Source: Oscillospiraceae bacterium (lineage in GTDB: Bacteria > Bacillota > Clostridia > Oscillospirales > Acutalibacteraceae). From it: DNA of 39,574 bases. Positions 29,478 through 36,845 of the stretch are shown in pieces. A model generated the notes under the pieces. The model did no database searches, was not told the origin of the DNA, and saw only the letters and a program-made list of their open reading frames with translations. A program made the translations under genes and the position numbers. Where the stretch lies: NCBI GenBank assembly GCA_022508865.1, contig JAFLUK010000002.1, forward strand, positions 1 through 39,574, in the 5' to 3' direction. Positions within the stretch are counted from its first letter, which is position 1. Each line of letters begins with the position of its first letter.

Positions 29478-29802
29478 AGTGTTGTTCCTCCTGTTCTTGT
29501 TCTTTCAGGATAAGCTCCTGAATTTTATCAGAAAAGCCTCTGTCTGTGATTGCCGCCACTGCACAATATTTTCCAAGTGCAGTACCAAGCTCATCCTTTG
29601 TTCTGTTTATAACATAGGTTTTTACGTTGCACATATGAGAGGCTTTCAGGATGCCTTTTTGACTGTTGCGGGAAAAATCCTTGGCCATAATTACTGCAAA
29701 TGCCTTGTTTGTAACAATAGACTCCGTTACAGGGTCAGTGCCCAAAACGATTTTTCCTGCCCGCCTGCAAAGCCCCAAAATGGAAAGCAGTCTGTCATTC
29801 AT
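29467..29802 (-). CDS. ylxQ: L7Ae-family RNA-binding protein
   Basis: [24 protein letters not shown]; canonical position. Confidence 0.92.
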   Translation of the reverse strand: MNDRLLSILGLCRRAGKIVLGTDPVTESIVTNKAFAVIMAKDFSRNSQKGILKASHMCNVKTYVINRTKDELGTALGKYCAVAAITDRGFSDKIQELILKEQEQEEQHYDD

Positions 29803-30094
29803 TGTTTAGTTCCCTTTCCATTTGGTCATATATTTCCGAAGGGATTGCAGTGTTAAGGCTTCTTTCGATTCTTTTGCTTTTTCTTGCCTTATTAAGGCAG
29901 TCCGGATTTTTGCAGACATAAGCTCCTCTGCCGGACTTTTTTGAGGTCAGGTCAAGAGATACCTTTCCCTTTTCTATGATATTTCCGTCTTCGTCCTTAA
30001 TGTCGGGAGCTTTTACCACCCTTACAAGGTCTTTTTTGGGAAACATCTCACAGCAGCCGCTGCATTTTCTCATAGGAACCTTTTTTACCTTCAA
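29795..30094 (-). CDS. ylxR: YlxR (RnpM) family RNA-binding protein
   Basis: PMRKCSGC, GRGAYVC; AAAGGAGG before TTG 30094. Confidence 0.92.
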   Translation of the reverse strand: MKVKKVPMRKCSGCCEMFPKKDLVRVVKAPDIKDEDGNIIEKGKVSLDLTSKKSGRGAYVCKNPDCLNKARKSKRIERSLNTAIPSEIYDQMERELNNE

Positions 30095-30160
30095 AGCAAT
30101 TCCTCCTTTACAAATCATACACCTTTAAAAAAGTGTATGGAACAAAATTTAGTTTAAAAA

Positions 30161-31240
30161 TCAATTGATTTCTATTTCCTCGTCGTCCTCTTCTCCGAAG
30201 AATCCGCTTTCGGGACGAATATCAATCTTCCAGTTTGTAAGTTTTGCAGCAAGACGGGCGTTTTGTCCCTTGTTGCCGATAGCCAAAGAAAGCTGGTTGT
30301 CGGGAACTGTAACCTTACATGCCTTTGCTTCTTCATCTGTAATTACAACATCAACTACAGTAGCAGGAGAAAGGGCAGCTGCAACAAACTTTTTGGGGTC
30401 ATCTGACCATTCTACAATGTCAATCTTTTCCCCGCCAAGCTCTTCTACAATTGTGTTTACTCTTGCGCCCTTGGCGCCGATACAGGAGCCTACTGCGTCA
30501 ACAGTTTTGTCATTGCTGAAAACAGCCATCTTTGTCCTTGAACCTGCTTCTCTGGAAACTGATTTGATTTCTACCAGACCGTCAAAAATTTCAGGTACTT
30601 CTGTTTCAAAAAGTCTCTTAACAAATTCGGGATGAGATCTTGATATAATTGCTCTTGGACCTCTGTCGCCGTTTTTAACATCAACAATGTAAACCTTAAC
30701 GTGGTCGCCCTCTTTGAGAACTTCTTCACCAATCTGCTCTGACTTTGGCAGAATTGTTTCAGCCTTACCGATTTTAATTGTTGCGGCACCTGTTACAGGG
30801 TCAATCCTCTCAACAGTAGCAGTAACAAGCTCTTGCTGTCTTGACTGGAACTCTGCAAGCATTTGTCCTTTTTCGCCGTCTCTGATACCCTGACGAATAA
30901 CTGAACGTGCAGTTTGAACAGCAATTCTGCCAAGGCTCTTTGGGTTCAGCGGAATACCGATTTTGTCATCAAGAGCAATTCTCTTTTTGATTTTCTGTGC
31001 ATCCTCAAGAGAAATTTCAAAGTTAGGGTCAACAACCTCCTCAACAACTGTTTTGTTCAGTTTAACATCAAAGCTGTTTTTCTCGGGGTTCATATCAATT
31101 TCTACATCTTCATTGCCGCCAAAGTTGTTTTTGCAGGCAATTACAATAGCCTTTGAAATTTGTGCTATCATTGCTTCTAAAGAAATTCCTTTTTCCTTTT
31201 CAAGCATTTTTAAAGCTTCAAATAATTCTTTGTTATTCAT
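30161..31240 (-). CDS. nusA: Transcription factor NusA
   Basis: GRIAVQTA, S1 domain, EVPEI, REAGSRTK, AIGNKGQNARLA. Confidence 0.98.
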   Translation of the reverse strand: MNNKELFEALKMLEKEKGISLEAMIAQISKAIVIACKNNFGGNEDVEIDMNPEKNSFDVKLNKTVVEEVVDPNFEISLEDAQKIKKRIALDDKIGIPLNPKSLGRIAVQTARSVIRQGIRDGEKGQMLAEFQSRQQELVTATVERIDPVTGAATIKIGKAETILPKSEQIGEEVLKEGDHVKVYIVDVKNGDRGPRAIISRSHPEFVKRLFETEVPEIFDGLVEIKSVSREAGSRTKMAVFSNDKTVDAVGSCIGAKGARVNTIVEELGGEKIDIVEWSDDPKKFVAAALSPATVVDVVITDEEAKACKVTVPDNQLSLAIGNKGQNARLAAKLTNWKIDIRPESGFFGEEDDEEIEIN

Positions 31241-31260
31241 TCCAAAATCAAAACCTTTCC

Positions 31261-31743
31261 TTAAAAATCAAAATCATCTAATTTTATATAAACAGCGTCT
31301 TTTTTGTTAATTGTAATTTCGTTTTCGCCGCTGTGGTCTGTGATTGTTGCAGTGTGCTTGTCGGCACTTTTAAGCTTACCTTTAAATTCCTTGCCGATGC
31401 CCTCTATAGGTCGAATCATCTTTACCATAATATCGGCGCCTGTGTAGGCTTCAAAGTGTTCTTCTCTTGTTAATTCTCTTTCTACACCGGGGGAGCTTAC
31501 CTCCAGAATATATTGCTGGTCGCAGGGGTCTTTTTCGTCAAGGGGTGTATCAATTGCTCTGGACATATTTTCGCAGTCCTCTATCCCAATACCGCCATCC
31601 TTGTCAATGGTAATACGCAGGTACCACTGTGCGCCTTCTTTTACATAGCGCACATCCCAAAGCTTAAGGCCTAAACCTTCTGCAATGGGCTCTGCAATTT
31701 CCCACACAGTGTTTACTGTGTTGCCGCCTTTTTTGTTAGCCAA
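31261..31743 (-). CDS. rimP: Ribosome maturation factor RimP
   Basis: LRITID, IEDCE, YILEVSSPGVER; GAGGTG before TTG. Confidence 0.96.
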   Translation of the reverse strand: MANKKGGNTVNTVWEIAEPIAEGLGLKLWDVRYVKEGAQWYLRITIDKDGGIGIEDCENMSRAIDTPLDEKDPCDQQYILEVSSPGVERELTREEHFEAYTGADIMVKMIRPIEGIGKEFKGKLKSADKHTATITDHSGENEITINKKDAVYIKLDDFDF

Positions 31744-31759
31744 AATATCACCTCATTAC

Positions 31760-31792
31760 AATAACAAAGGAGCGGTCTGCTGACCACTCCTT
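31760..31792 (-). promoter_or_regulatory. rimP-leader-like attenuator hairpin
   Basis: AAGGAGUGGUC-AGCA-GACCGCUCCUU-UGUUAUU between the promoter and the rimP RBS. Confidence 0.65.
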
Positions 31793-31817
31793 ACCATAGG
31801 ATATATTTACTTTAATA

Positions 31818-31846
31818 AAGATACCACAAATATATGGAAAAATCAA
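31818..31846 (-). promoter_or_regulatory. sigma-A promoter of rimP-nusA operon
   Basis: TTGATT-17 bp-TATCTT with extended TG. Confidence 0.6.
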
Positions 31847-31886
31847 GTAATTTTCAGAAATTTTTCTTACTTTTAAGAAATTTTCC

Positions 31887-32618
31887 TTATTTTACAATAA
31901 GCTGTTTTATTTTGTACACATCTCCGTCCATAATAACCCAAGGAGTATTAATCTTTCCTTTGATTTCAGGACTGATAGACTGGTGGATATACAGGCTTTT
32001 AATTCCGCATCTTTTACTGCCGTTAATATCAGCCTTGTAGTCGTTGCCTACCATTACACATTCATCTTTGTTAAGGCCGTATTCCTCAATAAGACCATTA
32101 TAAAAGAAAGGACTTGGCTTGCAAACCTCTTTGTCGGAGCTGATATAAATACCGTCAAAGTATGGGGTAAGACCTGTCATATTCAGCTCGTTCATAGTAA
32201 AGCCTCTTTGAGCATTGGAGAGAAGATAAATTTTCTTTCCCTTTGCCTTTAGTGTGTCCAGCAAATCAATCACACCGTCATACAGCTTTATGTACTTTGT
32301 GGAGAAGCAACGGAAAATAGTGCAAACGTTGGCCACTTCCTTTTCATCGACCTCTATGTTCATATTTTCAAAAAGGCGGGTAAAAACCTTTTCAATTTTT
32401 ATATCTACATTATTTTTAAACTCTGGGTGGGCTTCCTTTACTTTTCGCTTTTCTTCTTTGCACAAACGTGTATATTCCCTGCGAAAGCTTTTTCCTGTGT
32501 AGGAAGCGCCTTTATAGTTGTAGTAAAGTGCCATCTTTTCCCATAAAGCATCTTGTTTTTCGTCGGTGTTAATATCAATAAGCGTTCCGTATAAATCAAA
32601 AATATAAATTTTAAACAT
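31887..32618 (-). CDS. HAD-family hydrolase
   Basis: FDLYGTL, LLSNA, KP, MVGND..ADI. Confidence 0.92.
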   Translation of the reverse strand: MFKIYIFDLYGTLIDINTDEKQDALWEKMALYYNYKGASYTGKSFRREYTRLCKEEKRKVKEAHPEFKNNVDIKIEKVFTRLFENMNIEVDEKEVANVCTIFRCFSTKYIKLYDGVIDLLDTLKAKGKKIYLLSNAQRGFTMNELNMTGLTPYFDGIYISSDKEVCKPSPFFYNGLIEEYGLNKDECVMVGNDYKADINGSKRCGIKSLYIHQSISPEIKGKINTPWVIMDGDVYKIKQLIVK

Positions 32619-32644
32619 AATATCACCTCATATAAATTAAAATC

Positions 32645-32695
32645 AGTATATCATATGAAAAGTGTATTTTCAATCAGGTTTGATTGTGTTATAAT
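32645..32695. promoter_or_regulatory. Overlapping divergent promoters (HAD and nth)
   Basis: Minus: TTGAAA(32673-68)-17-TATACT(32650-45); plus: TG-T-TATAAT(32690-95) with weak -35 TTTTCA. Confidence 0.6.
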
Positions 32696-32802
32696 GACTA
32701 TGATAGTATTACGGCATTAGCTAAAGCCTTGCTGTGCAAAGCACAGCTTTTATGTTATAATAAATCGGTATCTAAACAGGGTACAGGGATAGGGTGATTT
32801 TT

Positions 32803-33432
32803 ATGAGAAAAAAGGAAATTGCATTATTAGCAGTAGAGGCACTAAAGAAGGAATTTCCCGATGCGGAATGTTCCCTTACATATAGTGACCCTTTGCAACT
32901 TTTAATAGCCACAAGGCTTGCGGCACAGTGCACAGATGCAAGGGTAAATATGGTTACTCCTGATTTGTTTGCGAAATATAAAAATGCAGAGGATTTTGCA
33001 AATGCAGAGATTGCAGATGTGGAACAGCTTATCAAATCCTGCGGACTTTACAAAACAAAGGCAAAATCTTTAGTAGAAATGGGCAAGGCTCTTGTAAGGG
33101 ATTATAACGGACAGGTGCCCGATACACTGGAGGAACTAATCAAGCTTCCGGGAATAGGACGAAAAACTGCAAATCTTGTCATGGGAGATGTTTACGGCAA
33201 GCCTGCCGTAGTTGTGGATACCCACTGCATAAGAATAACAAAAAGACTTGGTTTGCATCAGGAAAAAGACCAGAAGAAAATTGAATTTATCCTGAAAGAT
33301 TTACTTCCTCCCGAGGAAAGCAACGACTTTTGCCACAGACTTGTACTTCACGGCAGAAAAACCTGTGACGCCAGAAAGCCCAAGTGTGATGAATGTTGTA
33401 TGAAGGTTTTTTGCAGAAAAAATCTGAAGTAA
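32803..33432 (+). CDS. nth: Endonuclease III
   Basis: AQCTDARVN, HhH LPGIGRKTAN, VDTH, C-x6-C-x2-C-x5-C 4Fe-4S motif. Confidence 0.97.
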   Translation: MRKKEIALLAVEALKKEFPDAECSLTYSDPLQLLIATRLAAQCTDARVNMVTPDLFAKYKNAEDFANAEIADVEQLIKSCGLYKTKAKSLVEMGKALVRDYNGQVPDTLEELIKLPGIGRKTANLVMGDVYGKPAVVVDTHCIRITKRLGLHQEKDQKKIEFILKDLLPPEESNDFCHRLVLHGRKTCDARKPKCDECCMKVFCRKNLK

Positions 33433-33450
33433 ATATATTAAAATTGCCCC

Positions 33451-33479
33451 TTGTATTTTCGTTGCAAATCAAGTAAAAT
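33451..33479 (+). promoter_or_regulatory. Putative prmA promoter
   Basis: TTGTAT-17 bp-TAAAAT. Confidence 0.5.
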
Positions 33480-33543
33480 AAACGGAGAAGAAAGTGTAAA
33501 CACCCATTAATCACGGTGTTACAACAAAGAAACGAGTATTGCT

Positions 33544-34461
33544 ATGGATTGGACAGAAATAACCATTACAATTGATAATAAGGATGTAGATGTTACTGCG
33601 GATATAGCCAATGAGGTTGTGCCGTATGGTATATATATTGAGGACTACACAAACCTTGAGCAGGCTGTGGAGGAAATTGCCCACATAGATTTGATTGATG
33701 AGGATTTGTTGAATAAGGACAGGACAAAGGCAAAGGTGCATATGTACATCAGCTATGAGGATAATCCTTTTGAGGCTGTCAGCCGTATCAGCGAAAAGCT
33801 GAAGGAGGCAGATGTTGACTTTACTGTTGACACTTTAGATTGTGCCGACGAAGATTGGCTGAATAATTGGAAGCAGTATTTTCAGCCTACACCAATTGGC
33901 GAAAAGCTTCTTATCCGCCCCACATGGAGGGATAAATATGAAGCGGGCGACAGAATAGTCATTAACCTTGACCCCGGTCTTGCCTTTGGTACAGGCACTC
34001 ACGAGACTACAAGTCTTTGTCTTTCTGTTTTGGAAAAGGTTGTTACACAGGACAAAACCATTCTTGATGTGGGTTGTGGAAGTGGTATTCTTGCAATAGC
34101 TGCACTGCTTCTCGGGGCAAAAACAGGTGTTGGCGTGGATATTGATGAGCTTGCTGTTAAAACAGCCAAGGAAAATGCAGAGCTTAATAATGTTTCTGAC
34201 AAATTTACTGCCATTCATGGCAACTTTACCGAAAAGGTAGAGGGAAAGTTTGATATTGTGGTTGCCAATATTGTTGCAGATGCCATTATGTTTCTTTCAA
34301 AAGGTGTAACCAACTTTATGAAAAGTGATTCCATATACATTATGAGCGGTATTATCGACACCAGAGTTGATGAGGTTATTGAGTCTGTATCGGAAAATTT
34401 TGAAATTACAGACAAGCTGTTTTTAAACGGTTGGTACTGCCTTGTTGCAAAGCTTAAATAA
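33544..34461 (+). CDS. prmA: Ribosomal protein L11 methyltransferase
   Basis: EDWLNNWK, DPGLAFGTGTHETT, LDVGCGSGIL, VANI, SGII. Confidence 0.97.
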   Translation: MDWTEITITIDNKDVDVTADIANEVVPYGIYIEDYTNLEQAVEEIAHIDLIDEDLLNKDRTKAKVHMYISYEDNPFEAVSRISEKLKEADVDFTVDTLDCADEDWLNNWKQYFQPTPIGEKLLIRPTWRDKYEAGDRIVINLDPGLAFGTGTHETTSLCLSVLEKVVTQDKTILDVGCGSGILAIAALLLGAKTGVGVDIDELAVKTAKENAELNNVSDKFTAIHGNFTEKVEGKFDIVVANIVADAIMFLSKGVTNFMKSDSIYIMSGIIDTRVDEVIESVSENFEITDKLFLNGWYCLVAKLK

Positions 34462-34534
34462 AGTTGATATAAAATTGAAATAAAATTATATATTTTATTA
34501 CATAGAGTAAATAATAACAAATGGAGGTATTTCT

Positions 34535-35068
34535 ATGAAAAACAAAAATACTTTTAACCTTGTACTTTCAGCATTTCTTATTATAGCTTTTGTTGTTTGT
34601 ACATACTTCTTCACCACACTGAACCAGACAGCTACTGTTCAGGGAATTATTAATATTATTGTAACAGTGGTATTTGGTCTGATTCTGTTCTATGCAACAA
34701 GAGTTGGCGAGGGCAAGCATGTTAAGCGTTTCAGTCTTGCAACACTGATTCTTCTTGATATTCCTGCCCTGTATATTGTGCTTACAAGCCTTGCGCCGGG
34801 TCTTCCTTTGAGCAGCTTTTTCGGTGAAAGCCAGCTTGCAATCTACCTTGCAGGTATTGCTCTCGGTTATGGTATTCCATATACATTCTTCAGCGGCTTT
34901 GAGCTTGCAGCCGAAGATGAAACAGAGGGCTTTATTGAGGGCGGAATTATGGATGAAATTTCTGCCGATGATGACACAGAAGAAGATGTTGAAGAATTGG
35001 AAGAAGCTGTTGACGAGGCAGAGTTGTCACAGGACAACGGTGATGTTGAGGTAGAAATCAACTGCTGA
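34535..35068 (+). CDS. Hypothetical membrane protein, four TM segments and acidic C-terminal tail
   Basis: GGAGG RBS; hydrophobic segments followed by a D/E-rich ~50-aa tail. Confidence 0.85.
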   Translation: MKNKNTFNLVLSAFLIIAFVVCTYFFTTLNQTATVQGIINIIVTVVFGLILFYATRVGEGKHVKRFSLATLILLDIPALYIVLTSLAPGLPLSSFFGESQLAIYLAGIALGYGIPYTFFSGFELAAEDETEGFIEGGIMDEISADDDTEEDVEELEEAVDEAELSQDNGDVEVEINC

Positions 35069-35122
35069 TTTATTATTCAGTGTTTATTCAAGAAAAATAA
35101 ATGAAAAAAGAGGGTTAAAGAA

Positions 35123-35956
35123 ATGGGTTGCACACACGATTGTTCTAGTTGTGGTGAATCTTGTAGCAGCAAATCACCTGAAAGTCTTATTGAGGAGCTT
35201 AATCCCAAAAGCAGTGTAAGAAAGGTAATCGGCATTGTATCAGGAAAGGGCGGAGTCGGCAAAAGCCTGGTAACTTCTTCTCTTGCAGTGGCAATGAAAG
35301 AAAAGGGCTACAGAGTAGCTGTGCTTGACGCTGACATTACAGGTCCTTCAATTCCAAAGACATTTGGTGTGAAAGATAGGGCTATGGGCAACGATGAGGG
35401 CCTTTATCCTGTTGCAACAAAAACAGGTATTGATATTATGTCAATCAACCTTCTTCTGCCGGAAGAAACTTCTCCCGTTGTTTGGAGAGGTCCTGTTATT
35501 GCAGGCGCTGTAAAGCAGTTCTGGACAGATGTAATATGGGATGATATTGATTATATGTTTGTAGATATGCCTCCGGGAACAGGGGACGTTCCGCTAACCG
35601 TATTCCAGAGCCTGCCTATTGACGGCATTGTAATTGTAACATCTCCTCAGGACCTTGTTTCTATGATAGTTACAAAGGCTGTTAATATGGCTAAAATGAT
35701 GAATATTCCGATTCTCGGCATTGTAGAAAATATGAGCTATTTCATGTGTCCCGATTGCGGAAAAGAACACAAGATTTATGGCGAAAGCAATATTGAACAG
35801 GTTGCAAAGGATAATGATACAAAGGTGCTTTGCAAGCTTCCTATTAATCCTGAAATTGCCAAGGCTGTAGACAACGGCAAAATTGAGGATTTAAAGGGCG
35901 AATATATTAGCTCTGCCGCAGATGAAATTGAAAATGTCTGCAAAATAGAAAAATAA
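35123..35956 (+). CDS. mrp: Mrp/NBP35 (ApbC) Fe-S cluster carrier ATPase
   Basis: N-terminal CTHDCSSCGESC, SGKGGVGKS, DADITGPS, WRGP, DMPPGTGD, VENMS..CPDC. Confidence 0.94.
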   Translation: MGCTHDCSSCGESCSSKSPESLIEELNPKSSVRKVIGIVSGKGGVGKSLVTSSLAVAMKEKGYRVAVLDADITGPSIPKTFGVKDRAMGNDEGLYPVATKTGIDIMSINLLLPEETSPVVWRGPVIAGAVKQFWTDVIWDDIDYMFVDMPPGTGDVPLTVFQSLPIDGIVIVTSPQDLVSMIVTKAVNMAKMMNIPILGIVENMSYFMCPDCGKEHKIYGESNIEQVAKDNDTKVLCKLPINPEIAKAVDNGKIEDLKGEYISSAADEIENVCKIEK

Positions 35957-35983
35957 AACCACCTTCACAGGTGGAATGAAACG

Positions 35984-36019
35984 TAAATGTTGGGGTGCAA
36001 ACTCCGACATTTATTTTTT
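35984..36019 (+). terminator. Terminator after mrp
   Basis: 13-bp stem with GCAA tetraloop, two G-U pairs on +, then T6. Confidence 0.85.
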
Positions 36020-36045
36020 GGGCAAGATAACTTCTTATAAAATCT

Positions 36046-36071
36046 AATGGCACACCCTTTGGTGTGCCATT
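36046..36071 (-). terminator. Probable terminator of the 63-aa gene
   Basis: Perfect 11-bp AATGGCACACC/GGTGTGCCATT stem ~30 nt past the stop. Confidence 0.65.
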
Positions 36072-36102
36072 GACATGTTTAAAAAATTATATTCAATTTT
36101 AA

Positions 36103-36294
36103 TTATATTGAAAACAGACCAATATCTAAATTCTCAATATCTGCAATGGGCTTTTTTTCAACAACCTTGTCATTTCTCTGTTTTGTCTTTGGTTTATTAG
36201 CCCTGTTCATATAGAGGGCAATGCCAACGCAAACACCTAAAAGCACTACAAATAAACCCGCTGCAATGCCAATTATAATATGTGCCAGGCCCAT
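36103..36294 (-). CDS. Small 63-aa single-TM membrane protein
   Basis: AAGGAGG RBS before ATG 36294, Gly-rich hydrophobic N-terminal helix, basic tail; own promoter and terminator. Confidence 0.8.
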   Translation of the reverse strand: MGLAHIIIGIAAGLFVVLLGVCVGIALYMNRANKPKTKQRNDKVVEKKPIADIENLDIGLFSI

Positions 36295-36355
36295 TGGTAT
36301 TACCTCCTTGCATACTGATAACAACTAACTTTAGTAACTATCTTTCCTTATCTAT

Positions 36356-36383
36356 ATAATAACATATTTTTGTGCAATGTCAA
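36356..36383 (-). promoter_or_regulatory. sigma-A promoter of 63-aa gene
   Basis: TTGACA-16 bp-TATTAT with extended TG. Confidence 0.65.
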
Positions 36384-36453
36384 TATATTTTTTCAAAAAA
36401 GTCAGAAATTTTTATTGTTATTTTTTTATCAATCTTTATAGTACTATAGCCAT

Positions 36454-36616
36454 AAAAAACAAAATGCCGAACAATAAATGTCCGACATCTTGTTTAAATT
36501 AAAAATGAGGGGTCAATGTAATAAAAATTACATTGAGGAGGGTAGAACAATGTACTTATACAGGCAGTTGCGGCACTGCCCAAAGAGGTATTAGGGGCTT
36601 CCTCTTTTAAGTACAC
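36454..36616 (-). ncRNA. Putative novel ~160-nt small RNA with C-rich anti-SD motifs
   Basis: -10 TATACT just upstream; three-way junction, perfect 10-bp hairpin and 17-bp terminator whose three G-U pairs form only on minus; no long ORF. Confidence 0.68.
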
Positions 36617-36620
36617 TTAA

Positions 36621-36685
36621 AGTATAGCGGTTGTTTGTGACACAGATGTTAAGGTAAAATGAAATTTATATGATTATTATGTGAA
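36621..36685 (-). promoter_or_regulatory. Activator-dependent promoter: -10 plus five 11-bp-phased PhoB/OmpR-type boxes
   Basis: TTCACA-N5-ATCATA-N5-TTCATT-N5-TTAACA-N5-GTCACA-N9-TATACT; no consensus -35. Confidence 0.6.
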
Positions 36686-36734
36686 AATCATTAAGGTTAT
36701 ATTAACTGGATTTTGTGAATTTACTTGACACAGA

Positions 36735-36748
36735 CAAACAAACGTTTG
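36735..36748. promoter_or_regulatory. Probable LexA (SOS) box overlapping the lexA -35
   Basis: CAAAC-N4-GTTTG palindrome, variant of the Firmicute GAAC-N4-GTTC box. Confidence 0.65.
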
Positions 36749-36774
36749 ATTTCTTTATATTGATGTGGTATAAT
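36746..36774 (+). promoter_or_regulatory. lexA promoter
   Basis: TTGATT-17 bp-TATAAT with extended TG. Confidence 0.75.
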
Positions 36775-36845
36775 TTCGTTGTACAGTTTTTAATAATTCA
36801 GTTAAATTTTAAAACAAACCACGTTTATAGGGTTAGGTGATTTTT

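Noticed and set aside
33495-33523. Small hairpin in the prmA leader
   Set aside because: Short bulged stem, no U tract, no known motif
35959-36071. Three clustered hairpins as an ncRNA or CRISPR relic
   Set aside because: No repeated unit; two are explained as terminators of convergent genes and the third is only 6 bp
36551-36615. Three-way junction as a purine riboswitch or tRNA-like element
   Set aside because: Lacks purine-aptamer junction sequences and loop-loop complementarity; no T-loop or CCA
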